A stretch of DNA of 44,717 bases from positions 1 to 44,717 of the forward strand of contig JBOHVJ010000165.1 of assembly GCA_050735075.1 (NCBI GenBank). Reading direction: 5' to 3'. The position numbers were made by a program, and so were the translations under genes. Source of the stretch: Candidatus Binatia bacterium (lineage in GTDB: Bacteria; Desulfobacterota; Binatia; UBA9968). Positions 34,632 through 43,424 of the stretch are shown here, piece after piece. The stretch's first letter is position 1. Each line of letters opens with the position of its first letter. Below the pieces are notes generated by a model that saw nothing but the letters and a program-made list of their open reading frames with translations, made no database searches and was not told the DNA's origin.

Positions 34632-35270
34632 CTAAGTCATGGGGATCATAATATGGGTTTGGTAAGGCGGCCGCTTACAGAGGCGATCGTACCAGCCATT
34701 TAGATGGGACATCGTTGGTCTCTGGATGGGCAAGTTGAACCAGCGGTAGGCCCAAACCCCCAGAGGAATATCCCCCATGCTGAACTCATTGCCCGCCAGA
34801 TAGCTGTTTTTTGCCAGGTGGTCATCCAGGATCTGCCAGGCTTTGCTCGTTTTCTGTAGGGCATTGTCAATGGCAGCGCGGTCCCGCTTCTCTTCAGGGG
34901 TGCGGATCAATCCCCAGAAAAGAGGCGTGATGGCTGGACCCAAGGTAGTCAATTGCCAGTCCATCCAGCGGTTGGCGTTAGCTCGCCCCTCTAGGGTAGA
35001 TGGAAGTAGCCTGCCCTGGCCATACTTATCTATTAAATAGCGCATAATGCTGTTGGACTCCCATAAGACAAAGCCTCCGTCCTCAATAGTAGGGACCAAC
35101 CCGTTGGGATTAAGATCGAGATAGGGCTTTTCCTTGTTGCCCCCAAAGGACCCTCCGATATCGATCCGTTCAAAAGCCAAGCCGATCTCGCCGCAACACC
35201 AGAGAACTTTTTGCACGTTGGATGAATCTCTTCTGCCCCAGATCTTGATCATCGACTTTTGTGCTGCCAT
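34632..35270 (-). CDS. Glutathione S-transferase
   Basis: The thioredoxin-like N-domain is IKIWGRRDSSNVQKVLW...NPNGLVPTIEDGGFVLWESNSIMRYL. Its stop lies 2 nt before the SBP start. Confidence 0.8.
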   Translation of the reverse strand: MAAQKSMIKIWGRRDSSNVQKVLWCCGEIGLAFERIDIGGSFGGNKEKPYLDLNPNGLVPTIEDGGFVLWESNSIMRYLIDKYGQGRLLPSTLEGRANANRWMDWQLTTLGPAITPLFWGLIRTPEEKRDRAAIDNALQKTSKAWQILDDHLAKNSYLAGNEFSMGDIPLGVWAYRWFNLPIQRPTMSHLNGWYDRLCKRPPYQTHIMIPMT

Positions 35271-35402
35271 ATTAACCTCCTTTCACTGGCAAATGAATAT
35301 CATCCTTTCCTGTTAAAGTGTAGCGTCCTCGCTAGTTTTTGTTGAGACTCTATCTCTTTGTTCGATTCTTTGATAATAGGGGTGCGATTGTGGAGGGGAT
35401 GT

Positions 35403-35783
35403 ATGAGAAGGAAACTCATCTGGAACGTTACACTAGCATTGGTTGCTCTTTTCACAGTTCAGACCCTATGGGCCCAAGACAAAACAGAGGGAAAAAAAAT
35501 GTATGTCACCTATTGCTCGGGTTGTCATGGGGAGTCAGGAAAGGCCGACGGCCCGGCAGCCAAGTCATTATCTGTTAAACCCGCGAACCATACGGATGGC
35601 ACTGCTATGAACCAGCTCTCCGATAAATTTCTTTTTGATATTATCTCTAAGGGAGGGCCTGCTGTGGGAAAGTCACCCCTGATGCCGGCCTGGGGAAGTC
35701 AGTTAAAAGAGAAGCAGATCAAGGATATCATCGGCTTTATTCGAAGCCGGGCTGCGCCTCCCCATAAAGATTCAAAAAAATAA
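35403..35783 (+). CDS. Class I c-type cytochrome (mono-haem)
   Basis: It has a signal peptide, the haem motif CSGCH, and a distal LMPAWG methionine region. The start at ATG 35403 has GGAGGGG upstream. Confidence 0.8.
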   Translation: MRRKLIWNVTLALVALFTVQTLWAQDKTEGKKMYVTYCSGCHGESGKADGPAAKSLSVKPANHTDGTAMNQLSDKFLFDIISKGGPAVGKSPLMPAWGSQLKEKQIKDIIGFIRSRAAPPHKDSKK

Positions 35784-35808
35784 AGATGCAAATCTTGTTG
35801 ACAAACCC

Positions 35809-35836
35809 TTGACGTTTGCATAGGTGAATTTATATT
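35809..35836 (+). promoter_or_regulatory. Candidate sigma70-type promoter for groESL
   Basis: TTGACG (35809-35814), a 16-nt spacer, then TATATT (35831-35836). A second TTGACA is at 35798-35803. Confidence 0.3.
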
Positions 35837-35903
35837 TGCTTTCATATTTGTCCTTGTTTCTTATTTTAACTAATAAACACATGTTTTATTGAAGGAGGTA
35901 TTT

Positions 35904-36194
35904 ATGGCCATAAAGATTCGCCCCCTACAAGATAGGGTGATTGTTAAGAGGATCGAAGAAGAAGAAAAGACCAAAGGCGGGATCATCATCCCAGATACCG
36001 CCAAGGAAAAACCTCAGGAAGGCCGGGTTGTTGCGGTAGGCCCAGGTAAACATGAGGACGGCAAAATCATTCCTCTCGACGTCAAATCGGGAGACAAAAT
36101 TCTCTTTGGCAAATATGCTGGAACTGAGATAAAGCTTAATGGCGAGGAGCATCTGATCTTACGTGAAGATGATATCCTCGGGGTCATTGAATAG
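35904..36194 (+). CDS. groES: Co-chaperonin GroES
   Basis: [48 protein letters not shown] lies upstream. Confidence 0.95.
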   Translation: MAIKIRPLQDRVIVKRIEEEEKTKGGIIIPDTAKEKPQEGRVVAVGPGKHEDGKIIPLDVKSGDKILFGKYAGTEIKLNGEEHLILREDDILGVIE

Positions 36195-37829
<1,635 letters not shown>

Positions 37830-37855
37830 TCTGACTTAAAGGGCACTTCATTAAC

Positions 37856-37892
37856 GAAGGGGGCACCTCGCCCAGGTGCCCCCTTCGTTTTT
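37856..37892 (+). terminator. Rho-independent terminator of groESL
   Basis: CGAAGGGGCACCT / AGGTGCCCCCTTCG forms a 13-bp stem with one bulged C and a 5-nt loop, followed by TTTTT (37888-37892). Confidence 0.8.
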
Positions 37893-37894
37893 AA

Positions 37895-38713
37895 AACCAC
37901 GCAAACGATGAGCCGCTAACAACAACAGATCAGTCTCTTAGAGACTTTTTCCGCAAGACCTTAAATGAAGAGAGAGCTGTTGCCGGGGTCGTGATCTCCA
38001 TCCAGACCTTCGGGGACCTCGTCAACTTCCACCCCCATCTCCATTGTCTTGTGACCGACGGCTGCTTCATGCCTAACGGGTGGTTTTTCGTCCTTCCTGA
38101 GATAGACATGAGGAAGCTAGAGAAGCTCTTTCAGCACAAAGTCCTTAAGCTCCTGCTCAAGGAGAAAAGGATTAGCCAGGAATGGGTCCAAAAGCTCCTC
38201 TCATGGCGCAACTCCGGCTTTAATATCCATAACCAGGTGAAGATCAAAAGCCACGATAGCCGTGGGCGGGAATCTCTAGCCCAGTATATCCTTCGCTCTC
38301 CCTTCTCCCAGGAAAAGATGACCTACTGGGAAGAAACCAAGAGTGTTCTTTACCGAGCCAAGATGAAACCAGGCGCTAAGAAAAACTTTGCCATTTTCCC
38401 CGTCCTGGATTGGATCGCAACACTCACAGCCCACATCCCTAATAAAGGGGAGCAACTGGTGCGCTACTATGGGTACTACAGCAATGTATCGAGGGGAAAA
38501 GAAAAAAAGGAGAAGCCGCAGCTGTGGACGAGGTTAGCTGGAACCCCGTTCTATCGTTCGGTCAAACCCCTGACCTTGGATTCTCGGCTTCACATCACTT
38601 ACAATGCCAAGCATGCAGTCACCCGATCGTACTCCACGGCAACGCGTCATGGACCTGCTCATGGTCACTCCCCTGTCGTCTCGTCGGCTGGCGGAGATTG
38701 TGGGGATATCTGA
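37895..38713 (+). mobile_element. IS91-family (Y2 transposase) gene remnant, N-terminally truncated
   Basis: The frame is open from 37895, directly after the terminator, with no plausible start for a full-length protein. ...VISIQTFGDLVNFHPHLHCLVTDGCF...LVRYYGYYSNVSRGK matches the C-terminal half of IS91/IS801-type transposases. The similarity spans roughly 37930-38520, and the ORF tail beyond that is probably read-through. Confidence 0.7.
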
Positions 38714-38930
38714 ACGAGAGGTCGAAGACCATATCAACCACATCATCAAGTCCGTCGCCTGGGACCGCTCGCTTCGCTTTATCCTAGAACCCTGCGAATG
38801 CCGGCACTGTGGTTTTGCTTTCCGAGACCGCAGGAAAATCACCCGTCCGAGCCGTTGCCCTCGCTGCCACAGTGAGGCTATCACACAGCCCCGATATAGC
38901 ATCGAGCGCCGGGGGGCGAAGCAAGAGTGA
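38604..38930 (+). CDS. Transcriptional regulator with an HTH domain fused to a Zn-ribbon (COG3357-like)
   Basis: RQRVMDLLMVTPLSSRRLAEIVGISEREVEDHINHI is the winged-HTH part. CECRHCGFAF...RCPRCHS is the CxxC...CxxC ribbon, followed by ITQPRYSI. The start could be 38604 or 38613. Confidence 0.65.
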   Translation: MPSMQSPDRTPRQRVMDLLMVTPLSSRRLAEIVGISEREVEDHINHIIKSVAWDRSLRFILEPCECRHCGFAFRDRRKITRPSRCPRCHSEAITQPRYSIERRGAKQE

Positions 38931-39009
38931 CTATGAAAACGAAATGATCGATGGCGGCTCGTTTTTGGTATCAATATCAAGACATGTCAGATAAGGGGTG
39001 TCATCATGC

Positions 39010-39038
39010 TTGACAGTCATGCTGCCCGCCAATACGAT
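39010..39038 (+). promoter_or_regulatory. Candidate sigma70-type promoter for the cupin gene
   Basis: TTGACA (39010-39015), a 17-nt spacer, then TACGAT (39033-39038). Confidence 0.3.
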
Positions 39039-39092
39039 GGGCGCGCGACTTAAAACCTTTCAAAACTCAGCTCAGTGACACAGGAGAAACCT

Positions 39093-39680
39093 ATGGGTCC
39101 TGACCTCAAGCAGCGCTCTTACACCCCCGGCCAGTGTGCGAGAGACATCTTCGCAGTTCTTGGCTCGAACGTTGGAAATCTGCCGGCAACTCAGCGGGCG
39201 ATCGTCCCGATCCTCAATCGCCTGGCGCAAGAGAAGAACCTCTTGGACATCGGCATCCCGAGAGACAGCAACCATGTCTCGGATTCCAAATGGCTGTACT
39301 ACGACGGTGAGATCGGAATCCTCACCGCCAAGTGTCCGTCCGACGTGGGTGTTCCGGTTCACAACCACGGCACCTGGGAGATCGTCGGCGTGTACAAAGG
39401 CGAGCTCGAATACAGTCTCTTCAACCGGCTAGACGACGGCTCACGGGACGGCTACGCGGACCTTCAAATCGTGGAGGATGGCGTCATGCGGGCTGGAGAG
39501 TTCAGCGTCTGCCCGCTCCCGCCGCACGACATCCACGGTTTTCAGGCCCGCAACGATGACACTTGGATGATCGCCGTCGTTCACGGAGAGTTTGCGGAAG
39601 AAAGGCTGTACTTCGACCCGGCGAACAAGTCGTACATTCGCCGTCACCAGAAAGCCTGGCGCCGAAGTCTCGCTCGGTAA
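39093..39680 (+). CDS. Cupin-fold protein (cysteine-dioxygenase-type-I-like)
   Basis: VPVHNHGTWEIVGVYKGELEY and PPHDIHGF are cupin His motifs. AGGAG lies 5 nt upstream of ATG 39093. The gene is GC-richer than its flanks. Confidence 0.5.
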   Translation: MGPDLKQRSYTPGQCARDIFAVLGSNVGNLPATQRAIVPILNRLAQEKNLLDIGIPRDSNHVSDSKWLYYDGEIGILTAKCPSDVGVPVHNHGTWEIVGVYKGELEYSLFNRLDDGSRDGYADLQIVEDGVMRAGEFSVCPLPPHDIHGFQARNDDTWMIAVVHGEFAEERLYFDPANKSYIRRHQKAWRRSLAR

Positions 39681-39780
39681 GCGCGTCTCAAGGCGCGGCC
39701 TCTGATTCTGTTGCACACCCACAACTCTTCGGTCGCCGCCCCGGGGATGAGGAAAAGGGGTCGGGAGTCTTGTGCAGCCT

Positions 39781-40074
39781 TTAACGCTGCGTGTCTAGCG
39801 GGTGAAAGTCCCGCCCTGGAAGATTGTCTGTTCGGCCAGGTAGTAATGTCTGGCTTGGGAGGAGGTGACGAATCTCATCGGCCTTGGGAACATAGACTTC
39901 AAGGATTCCGTCCCTGTAGGTGGCTTTGATGCCATCATGCTTCACAGCTTGAGGAAGATAGAAGGAGCGGGAGAATTTCCCTGCGAGTCGCTCTACCCGG
40001 TGGTATTCTACCCCATCCTTGGGCTCTTCAAACCTTCTCTCCCCGCTCAGGGTTAGAGTTTCATCCTTGACCTT
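39781..40074 (-). pseudogene. Hsp20/alpha-crystallin-domain gene fragment (premature stop, N-terminus lost)
   Basis: The minus-strand translation is KVKDETLTLSGERRFEEPKDGVEYHRVERLAGKFSRSFYLPQAVKHDGIKATYRDGILEVYVPKA.... It is preceded in frame by TAA (40075-40077) after ...SPGHVHGAKN. The region that should encode the N-terminus is occupied by the plus-strand htrA fragment. Confidence 0.6.
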
Positions 40075-40149
40075 TTAGTTTTTTGCACCGTGGACGTGTC
40101 CAGGAGATTTTGATAAAAGGGCAGTCCGTGCTGGAGGAGGTACACGACA

Positions 40150-40437
40150 ATGGTTGGTGAAGCGTCAGGGAACAGCCGTTACCTTTCACGATATTGGCTG
40201 CTCTTAGTGATTTTGGCACTCGGTGCCCTGTTGACGTGGCAGTTCTGGGCACAGGGAGCTGCACCTAGTGATCCCCGTGCAGTGGCGCGGGCGGTCACGC
40301 CTCGTGGAGACCTTGCCCCCGATGAGAAATCGACTATTGCACTGTTTCGTCAGGCGTCACCCTCGGTGGTCAATATCACCACGCTGACCGTAGGGCGGGA
40401 TTTTTTCAGCCTCAACTTGTTGGAGGCGTTAAAATGA
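40150..40437 (+). pseudogene. HtrA/DegP-family serine protease, N-terminal 95-aa fragment only
   Basis: It has a TM anchor followed by TPRGDLAPDEKSTIALFRQASPSVVNITTLTVGRDFFSLN. It stops just before the point where family members continue with the ...GTGSGF... catalytic domain. Confidence 0.6.
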
Positions 40438-40628
40438 GACCTGTATTCTTGCTATATTGATGGTCCTATGCAGTGGAATTGATCTCGAACTCCCAATGGA
40501 TCTCGCCGTTTGCCTTGACTTTCAGCCCTTTTTCCAATAAGAGATTTTTGCGCTGACTAGCGGTCAGTTGAGCAGCTCTTCCATACCTCTCGATGGGGGC
40601 ATGGTTTTTTTTGACATGGACTCTTTTT

Positions 40629-40985
40629 ATGACTCATCCCTATTTTCCTGTGCTGATGCTTTTTGTGTTTGCTGGCGTTATCGTGCTCTCCCTGCTCCTC
40701 ATTGCGCAAAAAGTAGGCCCCAAAAGATCCAATCCCGCAAAAGATCAGCCCTTTGAATCGGGAAATCCTCCTAAAGGAGATGCCCGGATTCGCTTCCCGA
40801 TCAAGTTCTACCTCGTGGCCATGCTCTTTCTGATTTTCGATATCGAAGTGGTGTTCCTCTATCCGTGGGCGATTCTCTTTCGGCGCCTGGGACTTTTTGG
40901 TCTTGTGGAAATGGGGATATTCCTCCTCGTGTTCGTTATTGGCTTCATCTACGTCTGGAAAAAAGGAGCCCTGGAGTGGGAGTGA
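40629..40985 (+). CDS. nuoA: NADH-quinone oxidoreductase subunit A (cluster 2)
   Basis: PFESGNPP and LIFDIEVVFLYPWA. I preferred ATG 40629 (MTHPYFP...) over the start at 40593. Confidence 0.85.
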   Translation: MTHPYFPVLMLFVFAGVIVLSLLLIAQKVGPKRSNPAKDQPFESGNPPKGDARIRFPIKFYLVAMLFLIFDIEVVFLYPWAILFRRLGLFGLVEMGIFLLVFVIGFIYVWKKGALEWE

Positions 40986-40991
40986 AGTTTC

Positions 40992-41555
40992 ATGGGGGAA
41001 GATAGTCCAAATATTCAATACCTACGGCAGAGCTTTCCCGGGAGGATTCTTGAGTCACACGCCTTTCGCGGTGACGAGACGATCGTCATCTCCCGAGAGG
41101 CGCTTCTGGAAGTCTTCCGTTTCCTCAAAGAGGATCCCAAATGGGACTTAAACTTTCTCACGGATATCACTGCTGTGGATTATATGGGGAAGAAGGAGCC
41201 GCGCTTTGAGGTTATTTATCACCTGTACTCCTTAAGGGCCAGGCATCGCCTGCGAGTCAAGGTTCCTGTCCAGGAAGAGGATCCGGTAGTAGATTCGCTG
41301 ATCCCATTATGGAAGGGAGCGAACTGGCTGGAGCGGGAGGTCTGGGATATGTTTGGCATCCGCTTCCACGGCCATTCCGACCTCAGGAGGGTCTTGCTCT
41401 ACGAAGAGTTCCAGGGCCATCCCCTGCGCAAGGACTATCCCGTGAATCAATGTCAACCTTTAGTTCCTGAACGAGAGGTAAACGGCACTTTTGTCGACCA
41501 GAGATCACATAACAAGCTCCTGCAACTAAGACATAAATTCGCACCCAAGACATGA
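40992..41555 (+). CDS. nuoC: NADH-quinone oxidoreductase subunit C (cluster 2); follows nuoA after 6 nt, with no nuoB
   Basis: WKGANWLEREVWDMFGIRFHGHSDLRRVLLYEEF. Confidence 0.88.
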   Translation: MGEDSPNIQYLRQSFPGRILESHAFRGDETIVISREALLEVFRFLKEDPKWDLNFLTDITAVDYMGKKEPRFEVIYHLYSLRARHRLRVKVPVQEEDPVVDSLIPLWKGANWLEREVWDMFGIRFHGHSDLRRVLLYEEFQGHPLRKDYPVNQCQPLVPEREVNGTFVDQRSHNKLLQLRHKFAPKT

Positions 41556-41584
41556 GCCTCCGCTAGGACTCTATTGTTGAAACG

Positions 41585-42775
41585 ATGAAGGCCGAACCAC
41601 AAGAACTTCTGTTGGAAACCATGGAGCTGCAGATGGGGCCCTCTCATCCCGCTACCCATGGAACCATCAAGTTCAATCTCAAACTAGAAGGAGAGAAGGT
41701 CCTCGACTGCGATGTAGAGGTCGGCTATCTGCATCGTGGCTTTGCCAAGAGTTGCGAGCAGGCGACATGGACCCAGGTGATTCCCTATACGGACCGTCTC
41801 AACTACATATCCCCGCTGATCAACAATGTAGGCTATGCCTTGACCGTAGAGAAACTATTGGGCGTGGAGGTTCCTCCGAGATGTCAATTTATCCGAGTGA
41901 TCATGAGTGAGCTTTCCCGCATTACCGATCATCTGACCTGCCTAGGCATGTCCGCGTCTGAGCTGGGAGCGATCACGGTTGGTTTCTACATGATCGAGGC
42001 GCGAGAGTTCCTTATGAGGATCATTGAAGCGGTGAGTGGGGCTCGGTTGACCATTTCATACACCCGTATCGGCGGCGTCAAGCACGATCTCCCGCTGGAT
42101 TTCTCCGAGCGAGTCCATCAGTCCTTTCTGAAAGTCAGGAGGATCCTGGCAGATTGCGATCGCCTCCTCTCCCGCAACCGGATCTTTATCGATCGGATGT
42201 CCGGTGTCGGGGTGATATCCCAAGAAACAGCCATTACCTACGGACTCACCGGACCTATCCTGCGCTCTACAGGGGTCAGTTATGATGTCCGGAAGGCACA
42301 GCCCTACTTGGTCTACGACCAGCTCGATTTCGAAGTTCCCCTGGGCACCAAGGGAGACAATTACGATCGCTTTGTTTGCCGCATGTTAGAGATCGAGCAG
42401 AGCATGCGGATTGTGGAACAGGGGTTAAAAAAAATGCCTTTGGGTCCGGTCTTGCTAGAAGACCCGCGCATCGTCATCCCCGAGAAAGAAGGAGTCTATA
42501 ACAGCATTGAAGGCTTGATGCACCACTTCAAGATTATCATGGAAGGGATTCAGGTTCCTCCGGGGGAGGTTTACCTTGCGGTCGAAGGCGGCAATGGGGA
42601 GTTGGGCTTTTACATTGTCAGTGACGGAGGAGGAAGGCCCTATCGATTAAGAGTGCGACCCCCCTGCTTCATTGCCATGTCGGCCTTTCATGAGATGATC
42701 AAAGGATATATGGTGGCGGACATCGTCCCGACCTTCGGCATGATCAACATGATTGGAGGGGAGTGCGACAGGTAG
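41585..42775 (+). CDS. nuoD: NADH-quinone oxidoreductase subunit D (cluster 2)
   Basis: MGPSHPATHGTIKF ... GYLHRGFAK ... the C-terminus ends ...INMIGGECDR. Confidence 0.92.
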   Translation: MKAEPQELLLETMELQMGPSHPATHGTIKFNLKLEGEKVLDCDVEVGYLHRGFAKSCEQATWTQVIPYTDRLNYISPLINNVGYALTVEKLLGVEVPPRCQFIRVIMSELSRITDHLTCLGMSASELGAITVGFYMIEAREFLMRIIEAVSGARLTISYTRIGGVKHDLPLDFSERVHQSFLKVRRILADCDRLLSRNRIFIDRMSGVGVISQETAITYGLTGPILRSTGVSYDVRKAQPYLVYDQLDFEVPLGTKGDNYDRFVCRMLEIEQSMRIVEQGLKKMPLGPVLLEDPRIVIPEKEGVYNSIEGLMHHFKIIMEGIQVPPGEVYLAVEGGNGELGFYIVSDGGGRPYRLRVRPPCFIAMSAFHEMIKGYMVADIVPTFGMINMIGGECDR

Positions 42776-42802
42776 TTTCGGGTTTCGAGTTTGGAGTTAT
42801 TG

Positions 42803-43276
42803 ATGGGCCTTCAGTTTTCAGCAGCAACCTTGAAGAGATTCGACGAGCTAGTGAGCCGCTATCCTAAAAAAGAGGCTGCGATGCTCCCGGTCCTCTATCT
42901 GGCGCAGGAAGAGTTCGGCTATCTGAGCGCCGAGGCGATCGACTACGTAGCCAAGATGATGGAGCTTTCCCCGGCACGGGTTTACGGTGTGGTTACTTTC
43001 TACACGATGCTGAATATGAAACCGATAGGAAGGCATCACCTACAGGTCTGTCGTACACTTTCCTGTATGCTTTCGGGCTCGGAAAAGATCACCTCCTTTC
43101 TTAAAGCAAAGCTGGGTATCGGTCTAGGCGACACCACCCTAGACGGAAAGTTCACCTTTTCGGAAGTGGAATGTCTTGCCTCTTGCGGCACCGGACCGAT
43201 GATGCAAATTAACGATGATTACTACGAGAACCTGACGGAAGAAAGGGTAGAGGAGATATTAAAGACTCTGAAATAA
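42803..43276 (+). CDS. nuoE: NADH-quinone oxidoreductase subunit E ([2Fe-2S])
   Basis: VCRTLSC (Cx4C) and ECLASCGTGP (Cx3C). I preferred ATG 42803. Confidence 0.9.
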   Translation: MGLQFSAATLKRFDELVSRYPKKEAAMLPVLYLAQEEFGYLSAEAIDYVAKMMELSPARVYGVVTFYTMLNMKPIGRHHLQVCRTLSCMLSGSEKITSFLKAKLGIGLGDTTLDGKFTFSEVECLASCGTGPMMQINDDYYENLTEERVEEILKTLK

Positions 43277-43302
43277 ATAACAAGGCCCTTGCCTTTCAAG
43301 CA

Positions 43303-43410
43303 CCACATTGCAAAGAGAAGATTGCAAATTGCAAAAGTCAAAATGAAGCTGCCAAATTCCTCTTGGTTCTCTATTTTGCATTTTTCATTTTGCACTTTGC
43401 ATTTTGAATT
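43303..43410. repeat. TTTGCA-rich imperfect palindromic element immediately upstream of nuoF (same family as 23568-23662)
   Basis: ATTGCAAAGAGAAGATTGCAAATTGCAAAAGTCAAAATGAA ... TTTTGCATTTTTCATTTTGCACTTTGCATTTTGAA. The core at 43321-43343 is the reverse complement, at 22/23, of 23624-23646. Confidence 0.8.
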
Positions 43411-43424
43411 GGGACGGAGTTCGG

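Noticed and set aside
40061-40264. A 67-aa minus-strand ORF, considered as the possible missing N-terminus of the hsp20 fragment through a frameshift in the A-run at about 40075-40085.
   Set aside because: The translated sequence (…STDCPFIKISWTRPRCKKLKGQG) aligns poorly with the Hsp20 beta2-beta3 region and overlaps the plus-strand htrA fragment. The in-frame reading (...SPGHVHGAKN-stop-KVKDETLTLSGERR) fits the family spacing better. I therefore call a nonsense-disrupted, truncated pseudogene instead.
40557-41018. A 153-aa minus-strand ORF opposite nuoA (cluster 2).
   Set aside because: It lies antisense to a gene with clear NuoA motifs. Its His/Glu/Lys-rich composition is typical of the reverse frame of a hydrophobic gene.
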